Positions 36,671-46,025 of a stretch of DNA of 64,000 nt are shown in pieces (position 1 is the first letter of the stretch; every line of letters starts with the position of its first letter). The notes beneath the pieces were generated by a model, which was given only the letters and a program-made list of their open reading frames with translations, was not told the DNA's origin and ran no database searches. The position numbers and the translations under genes were made by a program. The DNA is taken from positions 554,040 to 618,039 of the forward strand of contig CP046180.1 in assembly GCA_014075295.1 (NCBI GenBank). The letters run 5' to 3'. The stretch comes from Candidatus Mycalebacterium zealandia. Its GTDB lineage: Bacteria; Desulfobacterota_D; UBA1144; Nemesobacterales; Mycalebacteriaceae.

Positions 36671-37806
36671 GTTTCGCTCTCCCCTGCGGTTTTTCGCTCA
36701 AAAATCTGAAACACCGCGAATCCCGTGAACACAACCAGCCCCGCGAGCACGTACATAGTCCGCAATCCCGCTCTTTCCGCCACAATTCCGAGCGGAAACG
36801 CCGCATAGTTGATTCCCAGACTGAAAGATGAATTGAAGGCTCCCATCGCTTTTGCCGTTCCGTTTTGTGTTTTTTCTCTGACCATCGCGCCCAGCGTGGG
36901 GAACATCAGCCCGTATCCCGCGCTGAAAAGAAAGCACAAAAGAATGATTTGCGCTTCGCTACGCGCCTGTGAAATAAGAACAAGCGCGGTCGCCGCGAGA
37001 AAAATTGCCGGAGACGCGACTGTTTTCCTGCCTATTCTGTCGGCGAATTTTGAAAAGAAAATCCGCACGGAAATTATTGTCAGCGCGTATGTAAGAAAGA
37101 ATCGGGACGCCTCAAATCTGTTCTCATGTGCGAACACGGCGAAGAAATTAAGCATGCTTCCCAGTCCCACCGCCATCGCGAGGTTGGTGAGGAAAATAAT
37201 TCCGTATTTTTTTTCGGCGAACAGTTTGAAAAATTTCCCGAACGATGTTTTGTCCTCTTGCGGGGTGAAGTTGTTTTCCCGTACAAAAAGAGCGGTTACG
37301 AACGCGGCGAGACTGAAAAATGAGGCGTAAACAAAAAGCCCGTCGTCGCCGTGCGTGTTCATTATCCATTCTCCCACGGTGGGCCCCGCGGCGTATGAAA
37401 GCATAGTAATGCCGCCGAAAATCCCCAGTCTTTCAGACAGGCGGTTTGTCTCGGCGATGTCGGAAACCATCGTAAGCGCGGCGGTATAAAAAGAGGCGAA
37501 AGCCGCGCCCTGAATCAGCCGCAGGGCGAAAACCGCGTATCCAACCTCTTGCACAAAAACGAAACAGACCGAAGCCGCGGTCATCGCCAGCGCGCCCGCG
37601 GTCATAAAAACTTTGCGCCCGTGGCGGTCGGCGAGAGTTGAAATGAAGGGCAGGCACAGTAGCGAGGTTATGCCGAAACTGCCCATCACATATCCTATTT
37701 GCGCCTCGTCTCCTCCAAGCCCGCTTATGAAAACCGGAAGTAGAAAAAATGAGGAAAAATTGCAAAACAGAAAGAAGCCGGAAACTGTTATTAGAATAAA
37801 ATTCAT
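36667..37806 (-). CDS. MFS transporter
   Basis: 379 aa, 12 TM-like segments, MFS motif region GRKVFMTAGAL. Confidence 0.7.
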   Translation of the reverse strand: MNFILITVSGFFLFCNFSSFFLLPVFISGLGGDEAQIGYVMGSFGITSLLCLPFISTLADRHGRKVFMTAGALAMTAASVCFVFVQEVGYAVFALRLIQGAAFASFYTAALTMVSDIAETNRLSERLGIFGGITMLSYAAGPTVGEWIMNTHGDDGLFVYASFFSLAAFVTALFVRENNFTPQEDKTSFGKFFKLFAEKKYGIIFLTNLAMAVGLGSMLNFFAVFAHENRFEASRFFLTYALTIISVRIFFSKFADRIGRKTVASPAIFLAATALVLISQARSEAQIILLCFLFSAGYGLMFPTLGAMVREKTQNGTAKAMGAFNSSFSLGINYAAFPLGIVAERAGLRTMYVLAGLVVFTGFAVFQIFERKTAGESET

Positions 37807-37928
37807 GGCGGGCGGAGCTTTTGCGGTTTTTCCTTTGAGTGAATCGTTAAGAGTGTACGGATTTTTGCCGTCGTAAAAAGCGGCGGAGTTTTAACATTGT
37901 CAATTTGTGTTATGATTGTCGCGCTTGA

Positions 37929-38001
37929 GAGCCGTTAGCTCAGCTGGCAGAGCAACTGCCTTTTAAGCAGTGGGTCGCAGGTTCGAATCCTGCACGGCTC
38001 A
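37929..38001 (+). tRNA. tRNA-Lys (anticodon TTT)
   Basis: Cloverleaf GAGCCGT / ACGGCTC acceptor, D-arm GCTCAGCTGGCAGAGC, anticodon loop CTTTTAA, T-arm GTCGCAGGTTCGAATCCTGCAC. No encoded CCA. Confidence 0.85.
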
Positions 38002-38012
38002 TTTCAAGTCCG

Positions 38013-38087
38013 GTCCCCGTCGTCTAGCCTGGCCCAGGACACCGCCCTTTCACGGTGGCAACAGGGGTTCGAATCCCCTCGGGGACG
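38013..38087 (+). tRNA. tRNA-Glu (anticodon TTC)
   Basis: Near-identical to E. coli tRNA-Glu: GTCCCCG...CCCTTTCACGG...AGGGGTTCGAATCCCCT...CGGGGAC. Confidence 0.85.
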
Positions 38088-38658
38088 GTAAATCCGTTTC
38101 AAGAATTCTTCGCGCGGCCCCGCGAATGTCTTTTTCAATAAAGTCCGCTCTTGTGCCGACTACTGTTCCGTGGCTCAGGCGTATTGTTGAAAATCCGCTT
38201 CGCACTCCGGCAATGACATCTTTTTCAGAATCTCCCGCCATCCATGACGTTTTCGGATCTATGCCGTGTTCGCGAACTATTTTTTCAATCATTCCCGTTC
38301 CGGGTTTTCTGCACGGGCACGGCACATTATACGGCGCGACCGTTCCGTCTGGATTATGAGGGCAGTAGTGGATGCTCGAAAACCGCACTCCGCGTTTTCT
38401 GAAAAAAGCATCCATCTCCGCGTGTACTTCCTTCACGTCATTCTCGCTCATAAAACCTTTGGCGACTCGTCCCTGATTTGTGACTATAAAAAGCAGGTAT
38501 CCGGCGTTCTGAATATCAAGCAGAGATTCTGTGTAGCCGCGCGGAATGCGGTAATCGCCCACCCTGTGTATGTATCTGTCGCCTATGGGCATTAAAACCG
38601 TTTTGTCTCTGTCAAGCAGAACACATTTCGCGCCGCCCGCGCCTTTTTTAGAACGCAT
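38050..38658 (-). CDS. gmhB: D-glycero-D-manno-heptose 1,7-bisphosphate phosphatase / HAD-IIIA family (GmhB-like)
   Basis: VLLDRDKT (HAD motif I), TNQ, and CPHNP...CPCRKPGTGM zinc-finger insertion typical of GmhB/HisB-N. The 3' end overlaps tRNA-Glu on the opposite strand. Confidence 0.65.
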   Translation of the reverse strand: MRSKKGAGGAKCVLLDRDKTVLMPIGDRYIHRVGDYRIPRGYTESLLDIQNAGYLLFIVTNQGRVAKGFMSENDVKEVHAEMDAFFRKRGVRFSSIHYCPHNPDGTVAPYNVPCPCRKPGTGMIEKIVREHGIDPKTSWMAGDSEKDVIAGVRSGFSTIRLSHGTVVGTRADFIEKDIRGAARRILETDLPSPRGFEPLLPP

Positions 38659-39340
38659 GTTTGAGTATCATCCAGATTATTTTCGCGCCCGCTTTGACGC
38701 TTCCCGAAAATGTGCCGCTTATTTTTGAGACGCCGGTTCGTTCCCTGTAGCGCACGGGAACTTCAACGCACCGGAGCTTTTTTTTGACCGCTTTGATTTG
38801 CATCTCAACCGTCCAACCGTAACCCTCGTCGCTCATTTGAAGGGATTGCAGAGATGAAAACCTTATCGCCCGGAACGGTCCCAAATCGGTGAACTTTACT
38901 CCGAACAGTGCGCTCAAAATAAATCCCGCGACTCTGTTTCCGACAACCGTGTGCGGTGGCAGAGCGCCTTTTGTCCGCTCGCCGGTGATTCTGGAGCCAA
39001 CCACAAAATCCGCTTCGCCGCGAAAAACGGGCTCAACCAGCATCGGGATTTCTTCAGGATAGTCCGAGTGGTCTGCATCAAGGAAAACCACAACGTCGGG
39101 ACGGCTTTGCGAGTCACGCGATATGTGTTTGATGCCCGCAAGACACGCCTTGCCGTAGCCGCGAACGGGTTCGTCAATTACAGTCGCGCCCGCGGCGCGG
39201 GCTTTGTCGGCGGTTGAATCGGTTGAGCCGTTATTGACCACCACCGTTTCGGCAACCGCGCCCGCGGGAATTTCCCCAATGACCGCCGCGACTGACCGCT
39301 CCTCGTTGAGAGCGGGAATTATGACCGACACTTTTTTCAT
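38648..39340 (-). CDS. GT2 polyprenyl-phosphate glycosyltransferase (dolichol-P-mannose synthase-like)
   Basis: VSVIIPALNEE...VVNNGSTDST...DADHSDYPEE, a DPM1-like catalytic domain. 230 aa. Confidence 0.75.
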   Translation of the reverse strand: MKKVSVIIPALNEERSVAAVIGEIPAGAVAETVVVNNGSTDSTADKARAAGATVIDEPVRGYGKACLAGIKHISRDSQSRPDVVVFLDADHSDYPEEIPMLVEPVFRGEADFVVGSRITGERTKGALPPHTVVGNRVAGFILSALFGVKFTDLGPFRAIRFSSLQSLQMSDEGYGWTVEMQIKAVKKKLRCVEVPVRYRERTGVSKISGTFSGSVKAGAKIIWMILKHAF

Positions 39341-39350
39341 AGTTTTTGTC

Positions 39351-42341
39351 CTAAACGGTTTTTAACTCCGCTGACGGAAGAACGCATATGTAGCGCTCAT
39401 CGGGTTTTTTACCCCGGATTTTCTCAATCGCTTCACAGTAGGATTCCATCTGTTCCCGGTATTTTTCTTCCTCAAAAGAGTCCGTGTATTTGTAGTCCAC
39501 AAGAACTGTTTTGCCATCTGTGGTTTCAATCAGAAGATCAATTCTTCCGTTGACCGTTTTGCCGCCGGCATTGTTTTCAACCGAGAAAATATACTCTCTG
39601 CGCAGTTCCACCGCGCCGCGCGCCATTTCCCCAAGTGGAGACCGGAGAGCATTTCTTGCGCACAACGCTATGTTTTCCTTCAAACTTTTCCGTTTTGAGA
39701 AAAACTCGTCCATTACAAAATTCGCGGTTTCTTCAACCGAGTCGGGCAAAAAATCCCACACTTGAAAAAATCTGTGGAGAATTTCTCCCTCTTCGGTTCT
39801 GGCAAGTTCACAAAATCTATTAGGGGGTTCCTTGCGTGTGGAGTCTTTTTTATAAAGCGGGCGCAGGGTTTGTGCCGTGGCCTTCGCCCCCCGCGCGCGC
39901 TTCTTTTCGTCCACGTTTTCGTTCGCGGTTTCCATTTTGTGTGCGGGCTTTGTCCCGTGCCCGCCTTTGAATTCAGGAATCATGGCGAGCCCGTTTTCAA
40001 TAATCCGCGCGAGACTGCCTTCGCTCGGTTTTTTGTGTCTTTGCGCGAACGCGATGTCCGCCGCTCTTGTCATTGTCACATACAGAATTCTTTTTTCCTC
40101 CTCGTCCACTCCCGCGTTCTTTATTCTTTCCCATTCGCCAACTCTGCAATTTTCGTAACAAACCATGATGCCGTGCTCCGAACTTGCCGCGATTCTGCCT
40201 GAGGGCGGGCGCCTGTAGTTTGTGTCCGCGAGAAACACAACGCGGAATTCAAGTCCTTTTGCCGAGTGGCTTGTCATCAGCGTTACGCAGTTTTCCCGTT
40301 CAGTGTTTGCTTCTCCGGATTTGTCCGGAAAATCTTTTTCAGAATCAAACCGTTCAATCGCTTCATTCAGCCCCGTTCCGTCTTCGGTAAGCCCGGCGCA
40401 TATTTCAGTGAATTTTATTATGTTGGCGCGAATTTGCCGTCCGTGGGGCAGGGCGAGAGCGCACGCCGCGAGACCCAGTTCATACGCCGCAAACTGCGCC
40501 GCTTCAAGCGGTGAAGAAATATCGGTTTCCCCCATGTTTTCAATAACTGAAAGCAGATGCCGCGCCGCTTCGCAATGCTCTCCTTTGCCATTTGACAATA
40601 TCCGCAAAGATTCCCCGCAATCCGCTTCCGTTTTGCTTTTTTCAGAAAAATATCGTGCGAGCCCCTCATCGGAAATTCCGAAAAATGGCGACCTTAAAAC
40701 CGCCGCTTCGGCGATTTTGTCAAGCGGGTTTGCCATAAACCTCATCATTGAGACCATGTCTCTTATTTCCGGTCGCGCGAAAAATTGCGATGTGTCGGTT
40801 CTTTTGAATGGCACCTCCGCCCCGCTCAATGCCCGTTCGTAGATTTCCATGTTTGTTTTTCTTCTGAATATCAGAGCTATATCGGAAAATGCGTAACCGT
40901 CTTTTGAGGTGAGTTCGCGTATTTTTTCCGCGATTGAAGCGGCTTCGGTTTGCCGCGCGTTTCCGGATTCAACGTCAAACATTTCAAACATTCCGCCGTT
41001 TAGTTCGGAGGCGGCTTCGGTTTTTTCATAGCCGTCAAAAATGTTGCTGAAAAGTCCGTTTGTGAACTCCACGAGTTCGGGAGCGGTTCTGTAGTTTTTC
41101 AGCAGGCTGAATTTTTCAAAGTCCCCCGAGGAGAGGATTTTGTCGAACAGTTCAGGTTCCGCTCCCCTGAATCCGTAGATGGACTGCAAACGGTCTCCGA
41201 CCACGATGAGTTTGGTTTTTTCTCCGCAGAGAAGTTTGATGATTTTATACTGCGCCGAATCCGTGTCCTGAAATTCGTCCACCATAATCAGTCCGAATTT
41301 TTGAGTCCGGCGCAAAGCTTCGGCAGGGTTTGTTTGGAGGATTTTCAGCGTGTTTGTGAGCAGGTCATTGTATTCAAGCGCGGAGTTTTCCGTTTTGATT
41401 TTTTCATGGAGTTTCATCACTTCTTCGGCTACTGAAAGGTAAAAACCGGTCAATCGGTTATTCAGAAAGTCCGCAACGGCGGCTGCGGCATTCTTAATGC
41501 GCTCTGAATTCTCTTTTTCGTGTTTTTTCACCGTTTTCATTTCCAGAATTTTTTCCATGTGCTCAATCACCTCTCCGGCGATTAGGCAGTCATTCCGGTC
41601 GTTTCCGCTCACATCATCGACAAGCGCTTTTGCGTTCTCAAAACGTTTTCGCGCATGTGAAGATGCAAAAGTCATGCCTTCCGGACAATTAAACGCTTCC
41701 CGCAACGCCGCGCGCGGGTCATTTTCGGGGGCGCTCTCAATGGGCGTTTTGAAGGGGTGCGGAAGATGTTTTTCCATTGCGCTTAGAACTGTAAGACGCA
41801 GGTTTTCCGTAATCACATCCAGATTGAACTGTTCATTTTCAAGCAGTTTGTTAAGTGCTTCGGACTTTTCTCCTTTCGTTGTGCGCAGATTCAAAATTGT
41901 TTTGAGAACGGCTTTTTTCAACGCCTCGTCCGAGTCGACTTTCTTTGAGATTTCAAATCCTGAAGTGAAATCGGTGTCAAAGAGGTTTTCTCTGAAAATC
42001 CCGGACGCGAGGCCGTGAATTGTGCTGATTTGAGCGCGCGCGATATTTCCGCGCGCGTCTTTTGTGAGATTCCCTTTTTCGCCGAACTGTTTTATGTAGT
42101 TGTCCATTTCGTGCGCGATTCGCGCGCGCAATTCAGCCGCGGCGTTTTCGGTGAATGTTATTGCCGCGACCATGTCGATGTTAGAATCCCCTGATTCCAG
42201 TTCGGCGAGGAACCGTGCCACGAGAAGACGCGTTTTGCCCGACCCGGCTCCGGCACACACCACCACGCGATTTGCGCACGAGCGCAAAACGCGCGTCTGT
42301 TCATCATTAAGACTCAGAAGACTTTCAATTCTCTCAGCCAC
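39351..42341 (-). CDS. addA: AddA/RexA-type UvrD-family helicase with C-terminal PD-(D/E)XK nuclease
   Basis: Walker A CAGAGSGKT, UvrD helicase motifs, and C-terminal GRIDLLIE...VLVDYKYT nuclease motif. 996 aa. Confidence 0.75.
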   Translation of the reverse strand: MAERIESLLSLNDEQTRVLRSCANRVVVCAGAGSGKTRLLVARFLAELESGDSNIDMVAAITFTENAAAELRARIAHEMDNYIKQFGEKGNLTKDARGNIARAQISTIHGLASGIFRENLFDTDFTSGFEISKKVDSDEALKKAVLKTILNLRTTKGEKSEALNKLLENEQFNLDVITENLRLTVLSAMEKHLPHPFKTPIESAPENDPRAALREAFNCPEGMTFASSHARKRFENAKALVDDVSGNDRNDCLIAGEVIEHMEKILEMKTVKKHEKENSERIKNAAAAVADFLNNRLTGFYLSVAEEVMKLHEKIKTENSALEYNDLLTNTLKILQTNPAEALRRTQKFGLIMVDEFQDTDSAQYKIIKLLCGEKTKLIVVGDRLQSIYGFRGAEPELFDKILSSGDFEKFSLLKNYRTAPELVEFTNGLFSNIFDGYEKTEAASELNGGMFEMFDVESGNARQTEAASIAEKIRELTSKDGYAFSDIALIFRRKTNMEIYERALSGAEVPFKRTDTSQFFARPEIRDMVSMMRFMANPLDKIAEAAVLRSPFFGISDEGLARYFSEKSKTEADCGESLRILSNGKGEHCEAARHLLSVIENMGETDISSPLEAAQFAAYELGLAACALALPHGRQIRANIIKFTEICAGLTEDGTGLNEAIERFDSEKDFPDKSGEANTERENCVTLMTSHSAKGLEFRVVFLADTNYRRPPSGRIAASSEHGIMVCYENCRVGEWERIKNAGVDEEEKRILYVTMTRAADIAFAQRHKKPSEGSLARIIENGLAMIPEFKGGHGTKPAHKMETANENVDEKKRARGAKATAQTLRPLYKKDSTRKEPPNRFCELARTEEGEILHRFFQVWDFLPDSVEETANFVMDEFFSKRKSLKENIALCARNALRSPLGEMARGAVELRREYIFSVENNAGGKTVNGRIDLLIETTDGKTVLVDYKYTDSFEEEKYREQMESYCEAIEKIRGKKPDERYICVLPSAELKTV

Positions 42342-45053
42342 TTATTCCTCCGCAGAGCGCACCGCGCTTTCCTTGATTCTGCAGATGTCCGAATATGAAC
42401 AAAAATCGCATCCCCGCTCTTTTTTCAGAATTACCGGATTTTCGCCGCGCGGAAAATTGTCCGGTTTGTAACCAGGCACCGCGGGGAAAAATCCGCTTTT
42501 TATAAGTTTGATGTTGAGTGCTGCGAGAGCGGCCGCTTTTTCAAGAATGTTGTCTTTGTCCGCATTTTTTTCAACAGTCTTCGATTTTTCCACCGAGAGG
42601 TAAGAGCCCCAACCTGCGGCGGTTTTCAATTCCGAGGAGATTGCCGCGAGATAGAGAGGGACTTGCAGGGTTTTGCGGTCGCAGATTTTTTGCGGCAGAG
42701 ACCCCTTTTTGTAATCAACCACGTGTAAGCGGCCGTCTTTGTCCCTGTCCACTCTGTCAACCCTTCCCGTGATTTTTGCCTGTTCAATTTCCATCTCAAT
42801 TTCCCGCTCAAAAAATTCAGGTGTTACACCTTTTTCCACAATTCTGTGTTTTTCGCGGCTGATAAACCCTCCGACCAGAAACCGCACCCGTTCTTTTTGC
42901 AACTCCCACACCGCATCCGGCGTTTTGCAGTGCCGTTTTTTTGTTTCTTCATTGTCAAGAAACACGCAAAGAGCCGTATGGGTTTTTTCATCGTCTTTCC
43001 ACACCATGCCGTCGGAGGAAAAAATATGTTTGAGAGCGTCGTGATAAAGGGTTCCCGTGTCCATCGCGGACGGGATTTCCGTTTCCGTCTCTTTTTCTTT
43101 TATTTTAAGTGCCTTTGAGCAGAAAAACTGAAAAGGACATCCGCCGAATTTTTCAATTTCAGTAACGCGCAGATTTTTCCACCAATCGTCTTCGGTTTTT
43201 GTGACAATCCCTTCAAATTTTCCAAACACTCCGTTTTCCATCAACCGTTCATTCTCGGCGGCGGCTCCGCGCTCCGCCATCTCCGCAAGGGTGGAAAGCG
43301 GGTCGTTTTCTCTGAGAAGTTTTTTAAGTTTGTCCGGAATTTTCCTGTTGTTCTCGAACTCACGCGCCCGCGTGATTTCCGCACAATACGGATTTTCGCC
43401 CGTGTCCGGTTCAATCTCCTCAACCACATGGGTTTGCTCAAGTTCCTTGATAAACAGAGAAGGGGCGTTTTCATTGCCTGTGTCTTCGGCGTTGCGGGGG
43501 AAGGAGATGTTGAGTTCCCGCTCCGCGCACGCGACCGCGCACCGCCATATTGCGCGTTCGTCGCTCAAAAACTCTGCGTCAGTCGGGAGCGTTTGTGCTC
43601 CGCAATGTTTGTTGATAGCCCGTTTTTCCGCGTCATTGAACACGCCGCCCGTTCTTCCCAATTTGGGGAAACTCCCGTCCCGACAGTCAAGAATGAACAC
43701 AACCGGATACGAAGTCCCGCGTGCTTGAAATGCGTCCATAATGGGCACGTGCTCTTCGGTTCCGGGGGTTTTATAGGAATACGCGCGGCTTTGGAGCAGT
43801 TTTGACAGAAAGTCTGTGAAGTCATCGGGCGAGGTGAAATTTTCGTCCCATTTTTCCGACAGAAAAACCGCTTCTCTGAGAAGTTTTCGCGCTTCTTCAA
43901 CCGCGAGAACTCCCTCCGGAATTCGATACGCGCCCGTCGCGTCCACAATTTTAGACAGAGTTAGCAGTATGGCGCTTGCCTTGAGCGGCTTGCCGACGGT
44001 GATTTTAATCGGCGCGAGCATTTTTTTGAGTTCTCTCCGCTTTTCAGCCGTTTTTGTCGCGCCGAAAAAGAACCGTCGCAAAACCGGGTTCGCCTCAAAA
44101 CGCTCAAACTCGCTCCCTTCCGGATTTTGAGCCACGACGAAACAGTCTCTCAAAAAAGCCGATATGGATGACACCGCGCCGACCCTGACTCTGGACTGAA
44201 CGGTTACCGGAACACCGTTTCGTTCAAAAATACTTGCTATGAGCGCCGCGCGCCGGGGAGTTTCACGCACAATCACGGCAAAATCGGAAAGGCTCGCGCC
44301 GTTGTCAATCATCTTTCTGATTTTCGCCGCAGCGTGGTGCGCCTCATTTGTGAGAAAGTCAAATGAACGGAGAAAAACGGGCGGTTTTTTTTCAGGAGAT
44401 TTTTGTTCCAAATCCGCTGTTATTTGCAGGGTTTCAATTCCGGAGTCTTCAGCCGCGGAGAGAATTTTAAGATGTGTGGGGGTAAGCGCGTGAAATCCCG
44501 CCACAATGATTCTGCGAAAGTTTCCGTTTATGCCATCCATCCCCCCCGCTCTTATCGCGGACGCAAGATCAACCAGCGCGGTTGTGTCGTCCGTCATTGC
44601 CTCTTTTTTCATCTGTGCTTCAAAATCGGTGAGCGCGGGCTCAAGCAGGGAGAGTTTGCGTCCGGCTTCTCCCGCGGCTCCTGATTTTTTGAGTATTTCA
44701 GCGGCGGACATTCCGCACTGTTTCAGGCTCGCATCCAGAGCAAGCAGTTGAGAGGTAAATTTTTTCCGCTTTTCCGCGCCGCCGGGCAGGCGTTCCACCG
44801 CTTTGCGCATTAGAATTATTCCGCCCGTGCGCGAAAGAATCCGTTTGCGTGCGACGATTCTGTGCCGTCGCGCCAAATCGCCGAAAGTGGTTATGAACGG
44901 AGCCGAATCGGTGTTGGCAAACGCTTTCCGGGCCTGCCATACGGCTGGGGTGTCCGGCAGAATGAGCAGGTCGCCGCCCTCTCCCGGCTCAACTTTCAAA
45001 TCACGCAAAACGCCGCTCACGAGCGGTCCCGAAAAAGAAACCGTTTTCATCAA
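42342..45053 (-). CDS. addB: AddB/RexB-type helicase-nuclease subunit with C-terminal Fe-S nuclease domain
   Basis: 903 aa. C-terminal four-Cys cluster (CPFQFFC ... CDFCSYSDIC) characteristic of AddB. Immediately upstream of and co-directional with addA. Confidence 0.65.
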   Translation of the reverse strand: MMKTVSFSGPLVSGVLRDLKVEPGEGGDLLILPDTPAVWQARKAFANTDSAPFITTFGDLARRHRIVARKRILSRTGGIILMRKAVERLPGGAEKRKKFTSQLLALDASLKQCGMSAAEILKKSGAAGEAGRKLSLLEPALTDFEAQMKKEAMTDDTTALVDLASAIRAGGMDGINGNFRRIIVAGFHALTPTHLKILSAAEDSGIETLQITADLEQKSPEKKPPVFLRSFDFLTNEAHHAAAKIRKMIDNGASLSDFAVIVRETPRRAALIASIFERNGVPVTVQSRVRVGAVSSISAFLRDCFVVAQNPEGSEFERFEANPVLRRFFFGATKTAEKRRELKKMLAPIKITVGKPLKASAILLTLSKIVDATGAYRIPEGVLAVEEARKLLREAVFLSEKWDENFTSPDDFTDFLSKLLQSRAYSYKTPGTEEHVPIMDAFQARGTSYPVVFILDCRDGSFPKLGRTGGVFNDAEKRAINKHCGAQTLPTDAEFLSDERAIWRCAVACAERELNISFPRNAEDTGNENAPSLFIKELEQTHVVEEIEPDTGENPYCAEITRAREFENNRKIPDKLKKLLRENDPLSTLAEMAERGAAAENERLMENGVFGKFEGIVTKTEDDWWKNLRVTEIEKFGGCPFQFFCSKALKIKEKETETEIPSAMDTGTLYHDALKHIFSSDGMVWKDDEKTHTALCVFLDNEETKKRHCKTPDAVWELQKERVRFLVGGFISREKHRIVEKGVTPEFFEREIEMEIEQAKITGRVDRVDRDKDGRLHVVDYKKGSLPQKICDRKTLQVPLYLAAISSELKTAAGWGSYLSVEKSKTVEKNADKDNILEKAAALAALNIKLIKSGFFPAVPGYKPDNFPRGENPVILKKERGCDFCSYSDICRIKESAVRSAEE

Positions 45054-45123
45054 ACTCTCCAGTTTGGGAGTATAAAACAGATGGCAAACTATTGAAACTT
45101 GCTAAAAAAGGGTGGTGCTTGTT

Positions 45124-45197
45124 GCGTCCCCGGAGGGATTTGAACCCCCGACCCCGGGATTAGGAATCCCGTGCTCTATCCAACTGAGCTACGGGGA
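45124..45197 (-). tRNA. tRNA-Arg (anticodon CCT)
   Basis: Minus-strand GTCCCCG-TA-GCTCAGTTGGATAGAGC-A-CGGGATTCCTAATCCCG-GGGTC-GGGGGTTCAAATCCCTC-CGGGGAC-G. Confidence 0.8.
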
Positions 45198-45290
45198 CGT
45201 TTCCAGCGTACTTTAACCGTCCGCGCCTGTTTGTTCAAAAGCGCGAAATTTTAGATGCCCCGCACTTGTATTATAGTCATGCCTTATGTT

Positions 45291-45312
45291 AAATTTAGAC
45301 ATGCCTAAATTT
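45291..45312 (+). promoter_or_regulatory. candidate DtxR/MntR-type operator palindrome upstream of the regulator and metal ABC operon
   Basis: Inverted repeat AAATTTAG-ACATGC-CTAAATTT immediately 5' of the RBS GGAGGAG. Preceded by a duplicated CATGCCT(T/A)A element and a TATTATAGT -10-like box. Confidence 0.4.
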
Positions 45313-45323
45313 TGGAGGAGTTG

Positions 45324-46025
45324 ATGCTCAACCAGACGACAGAGGACTATCTGAAAACCATTTACGAATTGGCGGAGTGTTCGGACAAGGTTACGACTAA
45401 AGCCATAGCGGAAAAACTGAAAGTTTCATCTCCGTCCGTTACTGAGATGACAAGAAAACTCGCCGCGAAAAAACTGCTTGTTTACAAGCCGTATCACGGC
45501 GTCAAACTTACCAAGGCGGGCGAGAAGGTGGCACTTGAAATGATAAGGCATCACCGGCTCATAGAGCTTTATCTTCAGGAGGCGCTTGGAATTCCGTGGG
45601 ACAGGGTTCACGCCGAGGCGGAGAAGTGGGAACATTTCATCTCCGAAGATGTAGAGGACAGAATGGATGCCAAACTCGGATTTCCCAAGGTTGACCCGCA
45701 TGGGGCGCAGATTCCAACCCGTGACGGTGTTCTTCCGATACGCAGAAAGTGCGAAACTCTGGACACTCTGCAAGCCGGAGACAAAGGGGTTGTTGCGGAA
45801 GTGAGTGACCATGATTCCGAACTGCTGGGATATCTTGGAAACATAGATATCTTCCCCCGCAGCAGCATTGAGGTTAGGAGTATAGAGCCGTTTGACGGAC
45901 CGATGACTATCAGCGTCAACGGGCACAAACGCATTATCGGCAAAAACGTGGCAGTTTACATTTCCATTACCGACATAGAGAAAAAACAAGCGGAGCCGAA
46001 GAGGGCCTCGGGAGGTAAACAATGA
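45324..46025 (+). CDS. mntR: DtxR/MntR-family metal-dependent transcriptional repressor with C-terminal FeoA/SH3-like domain
   Basis: TEDYLKTIYEL...SPSVTEMTRKLAAKKLL...IRHHRLIELYL (DtxR HTH and dimerisation region). ATG at 45324 after the RBS. Confidence 0.8.
   Translation: MLNQTTEDYLKTIYELAECSDKVTTKAIAEKLKVSSPSVTEMTRKLAAKKLLVYKPYHGVKLTKAGEKVALEMIRHHRLIELYLQEALGIPWDRVHAEAEKWEHFISEDVEDRMDAKLGFPKVDPHGAQIPTRDGVLPIRRKCETLDTLQAGDKGVVAEVSDHDSELLGYLGNIDIFPRSSIEVRSIEPFDGPMTISVNGHKRIIGKNVAVYISITDIEKKQAEPKRASGGKQ

Noticed and set aside
42100-44130. Numerous 60-200 aa plus-strand ORFs inside addA/addB
   Set aside because: Antisense to long conserved helicase-nuclease genes. No start or RBS context.
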